Assembly: GCA_913057515.1 (NCBI GenBank)
Contig: CAJXOJ010000004.1
Location: 35,773 to 99,772 of the forward strand
Source of the DNA: an uncultured Cycloclasticus sp.
Lineage (GTDB): Bacteria > Pseudomonadota > Gammaproteobacteria > Methylococcales > Cycloclasticaceae
Direction of reading: 5' to 3'
DNA length: 64,000 nucleotides
Shown here: piece by piece, positions 40,845 through 51,377 of the stretch
How positions within the stretch are numbered: position 1 is the first letter of the stretch
How the letters are laid out: each line of letters opens with the position of its first letter
Program-made: the position numbers and the translations under genes
The notes under the pieces: model-generated
What the model was told of the DNA's origin: nothing
The model's database searches: none
What the model saw: only the letters and a program-made list of their open reading frames with translations

Positions 40845-42683
40845 ATGAAATCATCAAGACAAAAAGAACAGCATATCGTCATTATTGAACATGATGAAGG
40901 TCGCCTGTCGAGCTTGCAAAATATTTTGTCTGCCAGTGGTTATAGGCATTTAATTTGTGCTTCAAGCCAGGAGAGGGTGTTTGAAGTTATTCGTCCTTTT
41001 CAAGGGAGAATTGATGAAATAGGTGTGTTTCTCTTAGCCTATGACTTACCTCAAAGCGACACTCTAAAACTGAGCCAAATGTTGAGCACTTTAGATGGAC
41101 ATGACGCCATTCCATTGATCTTTCTTGCTAGCTCAGCAACTATCATTGATGAGGCATTAATGGCTAAGTGCCATGCAGCCAACGCAGCAACTATTGTCAA
41201 ATACCCTAGTCAAGTAAATGACTTTCTACCTTTAGTTGAGTTAGCCTTTGCGCTTAAATGCGAACGTGATGAACGAATTGTAAATGAAGAAAAATTAGTA
41301 CGAGAGCTATCTGAGCGCCGGATTATGGAGGCACGTTTACAATATTTGGTTGCACACGATGAATTGACGGGCTTATCTAATAGGAGTGGGTTGGAAAAAG
41401 CTTTAGACTTTGCAATATTGAGGTGTAATAACTTTAAACAGCACGGTGCTCTATTAGATATTGATTTGGACCAGTTTAAGGTTGTTAATGATGTTGAAGG
41501 GCATGAAGTAGGCGATCGTTTATTGGTCGAAATTGCAGTATTGATCAGAACTACACTTGATAATAAAGCCTTTATTGCGCGAGTTGGTTCAAACTTATTT
41601 CAAGTGTTCATTAGTAAAATTCTAAAAGCAAAAGCACTACTTATTGCTGAAAAAATAAGACTAATAATTGATGAGTTTGACTTTAAATCTGGCGAAAATG
41701 TTTATAATATTTCAGCCAGTATTGGTGTCGCAATACTAGAGCCTTTGGAAGGAATTAAGCGACCCAGTGAGTTGATGTCACGAGCCAATCACGCCTGTTA
41801 TTCTGCCAAAACATTGGGTCGAAACAGAGTCAGCTTGTTTGAAAGTGATAATGATGAACTTGTCAGCTTGAGAGACGATGCTAAATGGGTTCCTAAAATA
41901 CGCTATGCGTTAAGTGAAGATCTATTTAAACTGGTTTTCCAGCCGGTAGTAAAATTATCTAGCGGTCGAGTATCACATTATGAAACTCTGCTACGAATGA
42001 TCGATGAAACTGGAGAGCTTTTAGGCCCCGTTGAGTTTATTCCTGTAGCGGAACGGATGGGGCTTATACACCATATTGACCTGTGGGTTGTCTCTCACAC
42101 GATTGATTACATAGCAGCGTTACCCAAAACGCAAGAAAATATTTGTTTTACCGTAAATTTATCTAGTCATGCATTGCAAGGTGATTACTTGCTACCTGTT
42201 ATTAAGAAAAAACTTGAGTCTACATGGATTTCACCATCAAGGTTGACGTTTGAGATTACTGAAACAGCGGCGGTATCCAATTTCAGTAAAACACGAGAAA
42301 TGGTATCAAAAATTCGTGCATTAGGGTGCCGATTTGCACTAGATGATTTTGGTGCTGGTTTTAGTTCATTTAACTACATTAAAAACTTTCCAGTTGATTA
42401 TTTAAAAATTGACGGTCAATTCATTAGTAATTTAGCAGTTGATCACTCCGACCAAGTGCTCGTCAGGTCTATGGTTGAGGTGGCCCATAGTCTAGGTAAA
42501 AAAGCGATAGCTGAGTATGTCTCGAATGCCGAAATTTTGCGGGTATTAAAGGAAATGGGGGTTGATTATGTCCAGGGATACTTATTGGGTAAGCCAGAGT
42601 TAGAGTTATTAGAGGATCAGCATATTTCAATAGATCAATTACTGGATAAGGAGTTAGATATTAAGAACTTAATCACCCAGTAA
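40845..42683 (+). CDS. Pseudo-REC / degenerate GGDEF / EAL protein, probable c-di-GMP phosphodiesterase
   Basis: HDELTGL, GGDEF replaced by GSNLF, ETLLR, DDFGAGFSS, LKIDG, VQGY. Confidence 0.9.
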   Translation: MKSSRQKEQHIVIIEHDEGRLSSLQNILSASGYRHLICASSQERVFEVIRPFQGRIDEIGVFLLAYDLPQSDTLKLSQMLSTLDGHDAIPLIFLASSATIIDEALMAKCHAANAATIVKYPSQVNDFLPLVELAFALKCERDERIVNEEKLVRELSERRIMEARLQYLVAHDELTGLSNRSGLEKALDFAILRCNNFKQHGALLDIDLDQFKVVNDVEGHEVGDRLLVEIAVLIRTTLDNKAFIARVGSNLFQVFISKILKAKALLIAEKIRLIIDEFDFKSGENVYNISASIGVAILEPLEGIKRPSELMSRANHACYSAKTLGRNRVSLFESDNDELVSLRDDAKWVPKIRYALSEDLFKLVFQPVVKLSSGRVSHYETLLRMIDETGELLGPVEFIPVAERMGLIHHIDLWVVSHTIDYIAALPKTQENICFTVNLSSHALQGDYLLPVIKKKLESTWISPSRLTFEITETAAVSNFSKTREMVSKIRALGCRFALDDFGAGFSSFNYIKNFPVDYLKIDGQFISNLAVDHSDQVLVRSMVEVAHSLGKKAIAEYVSNAEILRVLKEMGVDYVQGYLLGKPELELLEDQHISIDQLLDKELDIKNLITQ

Positions 42684-42758
42684 GAACGAGTCTCTGGCAT
42701 GATGGCGCAAATATATTCAATGCAAGCCGTGTAACCTTTTTAATCTGCTAAATCAACT

Positions 42759-45119
42759 ATGGCTAAGACCAAGACAAAAGCCCCCCCTGGTAAAAAAAAA
42801 ACAACTAGACGACCGAAAAAAAAACAATCATCAGGCTTTCTTAAAGGGTTGATATTAAAAGTAGGTTTGTTATTTATCGTCGTTATGACGGTTTATGCTT
42901 TCTATTTAGATAATATTGTCCGAACTCAATTTGAAGGAAAGCGTTGGGAGTTACCGGCCCATGTTTTTGCCAATCCTGTTGAACTTTACCAAGGCTTGCC
43001 TCTTTCTAGTAAACAGTTTGAGGGATTGTTAAAAGACCTACGTTACCAACGAACCACTGACTTCAATTCGGGTGGCAAATATTATCGCTCTGGCTCCGTC
43101 TTCACGGTAAAAACCCGCTCATTTGACTTTTTTGATGGCAAGGAAGCTTCTAAAATAATAAAAGTTTACTTTAGAAACCAACAAGTGTCGGCCATAAAAG
43201 ATGCTAAGACCGGTAAAAATGAGGCGCTTATTCGTTTAGACCCTGTGCAGGTGGGAAGCTTTTATCCTAGTCATAAAGAAGATCGAATTTTGGTCAAACT
43301 TGATGAAGTGCCACAGACATTAATTGATGGTTTGTTAGCGATCGAAGACCGCGATTATTACCAGCATTATGGAGTGTCGGTTAAGTCTATTTTGCGTGCT
43401 ATGTGGGTAAACCTTATGGCGGGCGAGGTTGTTCAAGGCGGGAGTACCTTAACGCAACAGTTGATTAAAAATTTTTATTTAACGTCAGAAAGAAGCCTAT
43501 GGCGAAAAGTAAAAGAAGCCATCATGGCGCTAATTATTGAGGTACGCTTCGATAAGGATGAGATCCTTGAGGGGTATCTTAATGAAGTGTTTTTAGGGCA
43601 AGATGGTGAGCGATCCATTAATGGCTTTGGCATGGCTAGTGTGTTTTATTTTAATAAACCACTCATTGAGTTGAAACCACACCAAGCTGCATTACTAGTC
43701 GGTTTGGTAAAAGGGCCGTCTTATTATGACCCGAGACGACACCCTGAGCGGGCCTTAAAGCGTAGAGATTTAGTGCTTGATGAGATGGTGAGTTTAGGTG
43801 TGCTGCCAGAGGAGCAAAGACGAATTGCGCAGGGGTTTGGCACGGATATTTCGCCATTTAAACAAATTAAAAGTTCCCGCTTTCCTGCTTTTTTAGACCT
43901 AGTAAAACGTCAATTGAGTCGCGATTATAAAGATGAAGATCTGCGCTCAGAAGGCTTAAATATTTTCTCAACCCTTGATTACACGATTCAAACAACTGCT
44001 GAGAATTTATTTAAGCGAAAATTAGAAGCGCTTAACCAGCAATATGGTATTGAAAAAGACAAATTGCAAGGAGCGATGGTTATTACACGTCGTGAAGGTG
44101 GGGAAATTGTCGCTGTTATCGGTGATAGAAACCCTGTGTTTAATGGTTTTAATAGAGCACTTGATGCCATTAGGCCGATTGGCTCCTTGGTTAAGCCTGC
44201 CGTGTACTTATCCGCATTATCGCAACCCTCAAACTATACGCTAACCAGTATGATTGATGATTCTGCCATTAGCTTAAAACAGCGCTCTGGCGAGCTTTGG
44301 ATGCCGCAGAATTATGATAAAACGGAACATGGGCTGGTTCCTTTGCACGAAGCCTTGTCGAACTCCTATAATTTGGCGACCGTACGTTTGGGTATGGAGC
44401 TTAAAGTGGCTAACGTAAAGCGTACACTTGAAGAGTTGGGTGTTAGGCGGCCGATAAAGCCCTACCCATCACTATTGCTTGGTGCGTTATCATTATCACC
44501 GATTGAAGTGGCCCAAATGTATCAGACCTTAGCAGGAGAAGGTTTTTTTACACAGTTACGCTCTATCCAATCGGTGACTTCCAGTGAAAATTCTGCACTA
44601 CAACGCTACCCGTTAAGTGTGCGGCAGGTCGCGAACCCGTCAGCTGTTTATCTTGTTAATACAGCGCTACAAGAAGTGATGAAGGAAGGAACGGGACGTT
44701 CTGCTTATCAACATATGTCAACTAACTACAAACTGGCGGGTAAAACCGGGACAACCGATGAATTAAGGGATAGTTGGTTTGCAGGCTTTAGTGGTGATTA
44801 TTTAGCAGTGGTCTGGTTGGGGCTTGATAATAATAATCCATCGAAATTAACAGGGGCAACTGGCGCCTTACAAGTTTGGTCCAGTGTGATGAGCGCTATT
44901 TCCAAAGAAAGTGTGCGGCTAACCCAGCCCGAAAACGTTGTCTATAGTTGGGTTGATCCATTGGGTTACCGTGCCAATGAATATTGTACAAATGCTGTAC
45001 AATACCCATTTATAAAAGGTTCGGCTCCTGTTGAATATTCGCCTTGTGTAGGTGCAGTAGGCAGGGCATTAGAGCGGGCAGGAAATTGGTTTGAGAACTT
45101 AGGTAATGGCAGAGATTAA
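42759..45119 (+). CDS. mrcB: Penicillin-binding protein 1B
   Basis: TM, UB2H region, GT motifs EDRDY and GGSTLTQQLIKN, TP motifs SLVK, SYN, KTG. Confidence 0.95.
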   Translation: MAKTKTKAPPGKKKTTRRPKKKQSSGFLKGLILKVGLLFIVVMTVYAFYLDNIVRTQFEGKRWELPAHVFANPVELYQGLPLSSKQFEGLLKDLRYQRTTDFNSGGKYYRSGSVFTVKTRSFDFFDGKEASKIIKVYFRNQQVSAIKDAKTGKNEALIRLDPVQVGSFYPSHKEDRILVKLDEVPQTLIDGLLAIEDRDYYQHYGVSVKSILRAMWVNLMAGEVVQGGSTLTQQLIKNFYLTSERSLWRKVKEAIMALIIEVRFDKDEILEGYLNEVFLGQDGERSINGFGMASVFYFNKPLIELKPHQAALLVGLVKGPSYYDPRRHPERALKRRDLVLDEMVSLGVLPEEQRRIAQGFGTDISPFKQIKSSRFPAFLDLVKRQLSRDYKDEDLRSEGLNIFSTLDYTIQTTAENLFKRKLEALNQQYGIEKDKLQGAMVITRREGGEIVAVIGDRNPVFNGFNRALDAIRPIGSLVKPAVYLSALSQPSNYTLTSMIDDSAISLKQRSGELWMPQNYDKTEHGLVPLHEALSNSYNLATVRLGMELKVANVKRTLEELGVRRPIKPYPSLLLGALSLSPIEVAQMYQTLAGEGFFTQLRSIQSVTSSENSALQRYPLSVRQVANPSAVYLVNTALQEVMKEGTGRSAYQHMSTNYKLAGKTGTTDELRDSWFAGFSGDYLAVVWLGLDNNNPSKLTGATGALQVWSSVMSAISKESVRLTQPENVVYSWVDPLGYRANEYCTNAVQYPFIKGSAPVEYSPCVGAVGRALERAGNWFENLGNGRD

Positions 45120-45660
45120 AATCATAAAATTAATAACGTTTGTTGTGACGCTGTTTACTTTAACCGCCTGTGCAGACTTGTCGATGTACAACCAAGTACC
45201 GGCTCCAATCGGCCGAACAGGGGAATATCCATCGCAACCTTTGCCGGAAGGTGCTAAAACCTACCCTATTGATGAGCAACCCACTCAAGACGATGTTAGG
45301 CAAGCTTATCAGCAACCTAGTGAGATCGCTTCTCAAACACAGAACCCAGCAGTCGTTGCGTTATTAGACAGTGCCTATCAACAAAGCGAGTCAGGTCAAT
45401 TAGATATAGCAGCATCCAAGCTTGAGCGCGCCGTTCGGATTGCACCCCGAGACCCGCAAATCTGGCATGCGTTAGCAAAAATACGTTTTCAGCAAAACAA
45501 GCTTGCACTAGCGATTAGCTTAGCCGAAAAATCTAATTTATTATCTAATGATAATAAAAAATTACAACGTGATAACTGGTTGTTAATGGCTACATGCTAC
45601 GACCATTTAGGCAGAGCTGATGCTGCGCGGCAAGCTCGTCATACCGCTGGTAGGTTGTAA
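45106..45660 (+). CDS. lpoP: TPR lipoprotein, LpoP-like activator of PBP1B
   Basis: Lipobox LTAC, Pro/Gln linker, TPR (LERAVRIAPRDP..W..LA); overlaps the mrcB stop. Confidence 0.75.
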   Translation: MAEIKIIKLITFVVTLFTLTACADLSMYNQVPAPIGRTGEYPSQPLPEGAKTYPIDEQPTQDDVRQAYQQPSEIASQTQNPAVVALLDSAYQQSESGQLDIAASKLERAVRIAPRDPQIWHALAKIRFQQNKLALAISLAEKSNLLSNDNKKLQRDNWLLMATCYDHLGRADAARQARHTAGRL

Positions 45661-45664
45661 TAAA

Positions 45665-46174
45665 ATGACTGCATCGGCTACCCCGTACTCTGTCGATAAA
45701 TTGATAGAGCAGGCTCGACAGCTGGCGACTGACTTCAGAAAAACAACGGGTAAATCACTGCCGGGTGTGAGTAATGAAATTGCTGAATATGATGCCTGTA
45801 AGCTGCTTGGTCTTGAGTTAAATGAAGATAGATCAGAAGGCTTTGATGCGAAACGAATAGCGCGTAATGGACCTAAGCAAGTGCAAATTAAAGCCCGCTC
45901 TATTTTTAACGATAATTATCGCGGCCAGCGGCTGGGGCAGTTGAAACTGGATAAAGCTTGGGACTCAGTGGTGTTAGTGCTGATGGATGAAAATTATCAA
46001 CCATTTGATATATTTGAGGCGACACGAGATGACATTATGACTAACCTCAACGAGAACCCGAAGCAGCTAAAACGAGGCGCAATGTCAGTGGCTAAATTTC
46101 GCAATATTGCAACATTAGTATGGACGAAAGAAGATGGTTTGACTGCATCAGCTTGGTCTGATGAGATAACATAA
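45665..46174 (+). CDS. Hypothetical protein with PD-(D/E)XK nuclease-like motif
   Basis: ATG 45665 just after lpoP stop; EIAE...GFDA...VQIKAR pattern. Confidence 0.7.
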   Translation: MTASATPYSVDKLIEQARQLATDFRKTTGKSLPGVSNEIAEYDACKLLGLELNEDRSEGFDAKRIARNGPKQVQIKARSIFNDNYRGQRLGQLKLDKAWDSVVLVLMDENYQPFDIFEATRDDIMTNLNENPKQLKRGAMSVAKFRNIATLVWTKEDGLTASAWSDEIT

Positions 46175-46197
46175 CAAATTTTAACGCGGATACTCTT

Positions 46198-48141
46198 TTG
46201 CACGACCTCGACAGTATATTTGGCTCAAATGGTGAGCTAGTTAAGCACATTAATGGATTTCAGCCACGTGAAGGCCAATTGGCAATGGCGCATGCTATTG
46301 AGCGTGCTATTGGGCAGCAAACACACCTTGTAGCCGAGGCAGGTACCGGCACGGGAAAGACCTTTGCGTATTTAATACCGGCTATTTTGTCGGGTAAGAA
46401 AACCATTATCTCAACGGGAACACGTAACCTCCAAGACCAAATTTTTGAAAAAGATTTCCCGCTGATCCGTGATGTTTTAAAGCTGCCCACCCAAGGCGCG
46501 GTGCTAAAAGGGCGATCTAATTATTTATGTCTATACCGGCTTAATCAGGCGCAAATGCAAACGTCTGGTTTTAATGCAGAGGCCGATGCTGAATTAGCAG
46601 AAATTGAGCGTTGGTCGAATCAAACAATTGATGGTGATATAGCTGAAGTGACATCAGTTGCTGAGGATTCTTTCGTATGGCAGCAAGTCACCTCAACAGC
46701 CGATAATTGCTTAGGGCAAGAGTGCCCGATGATTACGGAATGTCACCCGCTTTTGGCTAGAAAAAAAGCGCAAGAAGTAGATGTGCTCATTGTTAATCAT
46801 CACCTTCTTTGTGCTGATTGGTCTTTAAAAGATGATGGCTTTGGGCAATTATTGCCAGATGCTGAGTTGATTATTATTGATGAGGCGCATCAGTTAATTG
46901 ATACAGCATCAAGATTTTTAGGCATCTCAGTCAGTGCACGTCAGATTTTAACTTTATTGAGTGATGTCAGCTCAGAGCAGTTAAAGTTGGCATCGGATAT
47001 GCCAGCTCTGAATGACTTAACGCATGTTATTAATGAAGATATTCGGGAAATGCGAAAGCTGTTACCTGAACAGTCTATGAAAGGGTCTTGGGTAGAACTG
47101 GGTGAGCTCAAAGATTTTACGCATGCGCTCAACTGTTTAATTGATCGAGTTAATCAATTATTTAAAGTGCTAACCGATGTGGCTGTTCGTTCTAAAGGCT
47201 TAGAAGCGTGCTGGAAACGTTGTGAAGATCTTTTGTTAAGATTGAAGCTTTTTTCAAACTCAGACCCCCAAGATTGGATTCAATGGTTTGAAACATATCA
47301 GCGAACCTTTACGTTCAATAGAACACCTTTAGATATCTCAAAAGCATTTGCTAGCTTTGCTTTCGCCAGTGAAGCGAGTTGGGTTTTTACCTCAGCCACC
47401 TTATCAGTTAATAATAAATTTGATTTTTTTACTAAACGATTAGGCCTGCAAGAAGCAGAAACGGGTATGTGGGAAAGTCCTTTTGATTTTGTGCATCAAT
47501 CGTTGATGTATGTTCCAACGGGTATGCCAGAACCGAGAGATTACAGTTATACCGCCACGATGATCGAAAAGATAAAGCCGGTGCTTGAAGCCAGTAAAGG
47601 TCGAGCGTTTATTTTATTTACCTCACATAAGGCCTTACAAGAGGCCTCGAATATACTTTTAGCGGAAACAGATTTTAAGTTGTTAGTGCAAGGTGATTTG
47701 CCAAAACAACAAATGTTAGACTCTTTTAGGCGCTCGGAACGGGCGGTTTTACTCGGTACGGCTAGCTTTTGGGAGGGTGTTGATGTGCGTGGTGAGGCGT
47801 TATCTTGTGTGATTATTGATAAATTACCTTTTGCATCACCTGGCGACCCAGTAACCAAAGCACGACTTGAACATATGACGGCTAATGGTCAGTCTCCTTT
47901 TTCTGAGTTTCAATTACCGTCCGCAGCATTAACGTTAAAGCAGGGTGTAGGGCGTTTGATACGAGATATAGAAGATAAAGGTGTACTGGTTTTATGTGAT
48001 CCTCGATTGTCGAGTAAGGGTTATGGCAAAGTTTTTGTTCAGTCACTGCCAGCGATGCCCATCACTCAGGAGTTAGCTGACGTGAAAAGGTTTTTTCAGC
48101 GTATTGAGCATCAGCGAACAAAGGTTAAACAAACAGCATGA
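46198..48141 (+). CDS. yoaA: ATP-dependent Fe-S DNA helicase YoaA (DinG/XPD family)
   Basis: EAGTGTGKT, Fe-S cysteines (NYLC, NCLGQECP..C), DEAH, FWEGVD, QGVGRLIR; upstream of tsaB. Confidence 0.92.
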   Translation: MHDLDSIFGSNGELVKHINGFQPREGQLAMAHAIERAIGQQTHLVAEAGTGTGKTFAYLIPAILSGKKTIISTGTRNLQDQIFEKDFPLIRDVLKLPTQGAVLKGRSNYLCLYRLNQAQMQTSGFNAEADAELAEIERWSNQTIDGDIAEVTSVAEDSFVWQQVTSTADNCLGQECPMITECHPLLARKKAQEVDVLIVNHHLLCADWSLKDDGFGQLLPDAELIIIDEAHQLIDTASRFLGISVSARQILTLLSDVSSEQLKLASDMPALNDLTHVINEDIREMRKLLPEQSMKGSWVELGELKDFTHALNCLIDRVNQLFKVLTDVAVRSKGLEACWKRCEDLLLRLKLFSNSDPQDWIQWFETYQRTFTFNRTPLDISKAFASFAFASEASWVFTSATLSVNNKFDFFTKRLGLQEAETGMWESPFDFVHQSLMYVPTGMPEPRDYSYTATMIEKIKPVLEASKGRAFILFTSHKALQEASNILLAETDFKLLVQGDLPKQQMLDSFRRSERAVLLGTASFWEGVDVRGEALSCVIIDKLPFASPGDPVTKARLEHMTANGQSPFSEFQLPSAALTLKQGVGRLIRDIEDKGVLVLCDPRLSSKGYGKVFVQSLPAMPITQELADVKRFFQRIEHQRTKVKQTA

Positions 48142-48821
48142 AAATTTTAGCAATTGAAACAGCGACCGAAGCATGCTCAGCAGCTTTGCTTATTGATAAT
48201 GAGGTGATTGATCGCTTTCAAATTGCCCCTCGTGAGCATGGCAATTTAATCCTGTCGATGGTTGATGACTTATTAGCCGAAGCGAATATTACCTTACAAC
48301 AGTTGGATGCGTTGGCATTTGGTCGTGGCCCTGGCTCATTTACCGGCGTTAGAATGGCGACCGGTGTTGTGCAAGGGCTGGCGTTTGGCGCAGATTTACC
48401 CGTAGCAGCTGTATCGACCTTAACGGCCTTAGCACAACAAGCGGTTAGCCCATTAGAAGCACAGACAATTTATGCCGCGTTAGATGCGAGAATGGGTGAA
48501 GTGTATTGGTGTGAGTATCGTGTTGAACAAGGTGCTTTGCGCGCAAGTTCTAATGAAATCGTTATTGCACCAACTAGTATTTGTGTTGAACAAGGCAAAC
48601 AAGCGGTGGCTATAGGCCATGGCTGGGCTACCTATGAAAGTGAATTGAAAGATGTGGTGCAAGCTGACCGCCTAATAATTAAAGCCGACAGCTTACCCAG
48701 AGCCAAAGAAGTGGCTCAACTGGCCGTACAAATAGTTGAGGCAGGTGATACAGTAAAGGCTGAACATGCATTCCCCGTGTATTTACGCGATAATGTGGCA
48801 AAGAAAAAGGCGCAGCAATAA
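48138..48821 (+). CDS. tsaB: tRNA threonylcarbamoyladenosine biosynthesis protein TsaB
   Basis: ILAIETATEACS, GPGSFTGVR, DARMGEVY, PVYLR. Confidence 0.96.
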   Translation: MKILAIETATEACSAALLIDNEVIDRFQIAPREHGNLILSMVDDLLAEANITLQQLDALAFGRGPGSFTGVRMATGVVQGLAFGADLPVAAVSTLTALAQQAVSPLEAQTIYAALDARMGEVYWCEYRVEQGALRASSNEIVIAPTSICVEQGKQAVAIGHGWATYESELKDVVQADRLIIKADSLPRAKEVAQLAVQIVEAGDTVKAEHAFPVYLRDNVAKKKAQQ

Positions 48822-48825
48822 CATT

Positions 48826-49461
48826 ATGGCACAACATTTTTATATTCACCCCGATAACCCGCAACAACGTCTTATTAAACAAATAGCCGACCAAGTCCGT
48901 CGAGGTGGTGTTATAGCGTACCCTACCGACTCATCATACGCATTGGCTTGTCATCTAGGCGATAAGCAAGCGGTTGACCGCATTCGCCAAATTCGCCAAA
49001 TTGATGATAAACACAACTTTACATTGGTCTGCCGTGATCTATCGGATATATCCACCTATGCCCAGGTTAATAATGATACTTATCGATTATTAAAATCGTT
49101 AACGCCAGGTCCGTTTACCTTTGTGCTGAAAGCGACTAAAGAGGTGCCACGCCGCCTTCAGCATCCAAAGCGTAAAACGGTAGGAATTCGAGTGCCAGAT
49201 AATATAGTAGCAAAACAGATTCTAGAAGAGCTTGGGGAGCCTATGTTAACGAGTACGTTGATTATGCCTAATGAATCAGAAGCAATAGCAGATCCGTATG
49301 ATATTGATGAGCGTCTAGCGAATGTATTAGACCTAATTGTTGATGCGGGTGTTATACCTTATGAACCAACCACGGTGGTGGTATGGGATCAAGATTTTCC
49401 AGAGATTGTTCGCCAAGGTAAAGGTGAGGCGAGTTTTATTGCACAAATGGGCGACAGTTGA
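48826..49461 (+). CDS. yciO: SUA5/YciO/YrdC-family protein
   Basis: MAQHFYIHPDNPQ.RLI, YPTDSSY, HNFTL, PGPFTF; start ATG 48826. Confidence 0.92.
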   Translation: MAQHFYIHPDNPQQRLIKQIADQVRRGGVIAYPTDSSYALACHLGDKQAVDRIRQIRQIDDKHNFTLVCRDLSDISTYAQVNNDTYRLLKSLTPGPFTFVLKATKEVPRRLQHPKRKTVGIRVPDNIVAKQILEELGEPMLTSTLIMPNESEAIADPYDIDERLANVLDLIVDAGVIPYEPTTVVVWDQDFPEIVRQGKGEASFIAQMGDS

Positions 49462-50120
49462 TGCCAATGGATGAACTGACCCTGTTGGGTCGGATTACGG
49501 TTTGGGCGTTACCGGTTATTTTTGCGATTACGGTGCACGAAGTTGCGCATGGCTGGGTGGCTAGCAAGTTAGGCGATAATACGGCAAGAGACTTAGGCCG
49601 GTTAACATTAAACCCTATCAGTCACATTGATTTGCTCGGTACGATTATTGTACCGGCGGCTTTGCTGTTGTTAGGTGGGTTTATGTTTGGTTGGGCAAAG
49701 CCGGTGCCCGTTAATTGGAATAATTTAAAGAACCCTAAACGAGATATGGTTTATGTGGCAATTGCCGGCCCGTTAACTAACTTACTGATGGCGTTCGCAT
49801 GGGGTGCTATTATGAAAATAGGTTTCATAATAGGCGCATCGAATGAGTTTATTTCGACCCCACTAATTTACATGGGCTACGCGGGTATTTTTATTAATGC
49901 CATCTTAATGATGTTGAATTTATTGCCTATTTTGCCGTTAGATGGTGGGCGCATTTTGGCTGGCTTGTTACCGCAAAAATTAAGTGATGAGTTTAGTAAA
50001 CTAGAGCGTTTTGGATTTCCAATCCTAGTCGCTATTATTGCATTCGGCTGGTTATCTACAATTTTAGGGCCACCCGTTTATTTTTTACAAACCGGTATTT
50101 TTAAAATATTTGGTATTTAG
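49458..50120 (+). CDS. Site-2 protease (M50 zinc metallopeptidase)
   Basis: HEVAH, GRLTLNP, FGWAKPVP, NLLPILPLDG. Confidence 0.93.
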   Translation: MMPMDELTLLGRITVWALPVIFAITVHEVAHGWVASKLGDNTARDLGRLTLNPISHIDLLGTIIVPAALLLLGGFMFGWAKPVPVNWNNLKNPKRDMVYVAIAGPLTNLLMAFAWGAIMKIGFIIGASNEFISTPLIYMGYAGIFINAILMMLNLLPILPLDGGRILAGLLPQKLSDEFSKLERFGFPILVAIIAFGWLSTILGPPVYFLQTGIFKIFGI

Positions 50121-50128
50121 GAGGAAGA

Positions 50129-51349
50129 GTGAATTCAGAAGTTCCAACGCAGTATCGTCGTGTTCTATCGGGTATGAGGCCAACAGGCCGCTTACATTTA
50201 GGGCATTATCACGGCGTATTAAAGAATTGGGTTGAATTGCAGCAAGAGTATAAGTGTCACTTTTTTGTGGCTGATTGGCACGCATTAACGACGCACTATG
50301 AAGACCCATCTATTATTGCTGATAGCACGTGGGATATGGTCATAGATTGGTTGGCGGCAGGGGTCGATCATGGCCTGGCCGACTTATTTATTCAATCGAG
50401 TATTCCAGAGCATGCTGAATTACACTTATTGCTGTCTATGATGACGCCGATTGGTTGGTTGGAACGTGTTCCTAGTTATAAAGATCAGCAAGAAAAATTA
50501 AAAGAAATGGATTTGGCCACCTATGGTTTCTTAGGTTATCCCTTGCTTCAAAGTGCAGATATTCTTATCTATAAAGCAGGCTTAGTTCCTGTAGGAGCAG
50601 ATCAAGTGTCTCACGTTGAATTAACACGAGAAGTGGCTAGGCGTTTTAACTACCTATACGGCCGTGGCTTAGATTTTGAGGAAAAAGCAGAAACAGGCAT
50701 TAAAAAGATGGGTAAGAAAAATGCAAAAATGTTCAACAAACTGCGTAGTTCTTATCAAGAAAATGGTGATCAAGATGCTCTTGGTGTGGCGCGCGCTTTA
50801 TTGGAAGCCCAACAAAATATCACCGTAGGTGATAAAGAGCGTTTATTTGGTTATCTAGAAGGCAGTGGTCGCGTTATATTACCAGAGCCTAAAGCGTTAT
50901 TGACGAAAGCCTCCAAAATGCCCGGTTTAGACGGGCAAAAGATGTCTAAATCCTATAACAATACGATTGCATTGCGTGATGAGCCAGAGGAAGTGGAGAA
51001 AAAACTTCGAACAATGCCGACTGACCCAGCACGGGTTCGACGGACAGACCCGGGTGACCCTGCGAAGTGCCCTGTTTGGCAGTTTCATGAGGTGTACTCT
51101 GAACAAGGCGTTTGTGAATGGGTAGAGGAGGGGTGTAAAACTGCAGGGATAGGGTGTTTGGAGTGCAAGCAGCCGGTGATTGATGCTGTTTTGCGTGAAT
51201 TAAAGCCGATGCAAGATAGAGCGAAAGAATACACGGAGCAGCCTGAACTCGTACGATCTATTATTAATGAGGGAACGGAGAGGGCGAGAGATGTTGCAAA
51301 AGAGACGTTAGAAGAGGTGAAGTCTGCAATGGGTATGAGTTATTTATAA
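50129..51349 (+). CDS. trpS: Tryptophan--tRNA ligase, long form with internal insertion
   Basis: [32 protein letters not shown]. Confidence 0.96.
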   Translation: MNSEVPTQYRRVLSGMRPTGRLHLGHYHGVLKNWVELQQEYKCHFFVADWHALTTHYEDPSIIADSTWDMVIDWLAAGVDHGLADLFIQSSIPEHAELHLLLSMMTPIGWLERVPSYKDQQEKLKEMDLATYGFLGYPLLQSADILIYKAGLVPVGADQVSHVELTREVARRFNYLYGRGLDFEEKAETGIKKMGKKNAKMFNKLRSSYQENGDQDALGVARALLEAQQNITVGDKERLFGYLEGSGRVILPEPKALLTKASKMPGLDGQKMSKSYNNTIALRDEPEEVEKKLRTMPTDPARVRRTDPGDPAKCPVWQFHEVYSEQGVCEWVEEGCKTAGIGCLECKQPVIDAVLRELKPMQDRAKEYTEQPELVRSIINEGTERARDVAKETLEEVKSAMGMSYL

Positions 51350-51377
51350 GCCGAATAAAAGAGTATTGAGGGAAAAA

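Noticed and set aside
42694-42710. Sigma54-like TGGCATGATGGCGCA upstream of mrcB
   Set aside because: GG-to-GC spacing is not 10 nt
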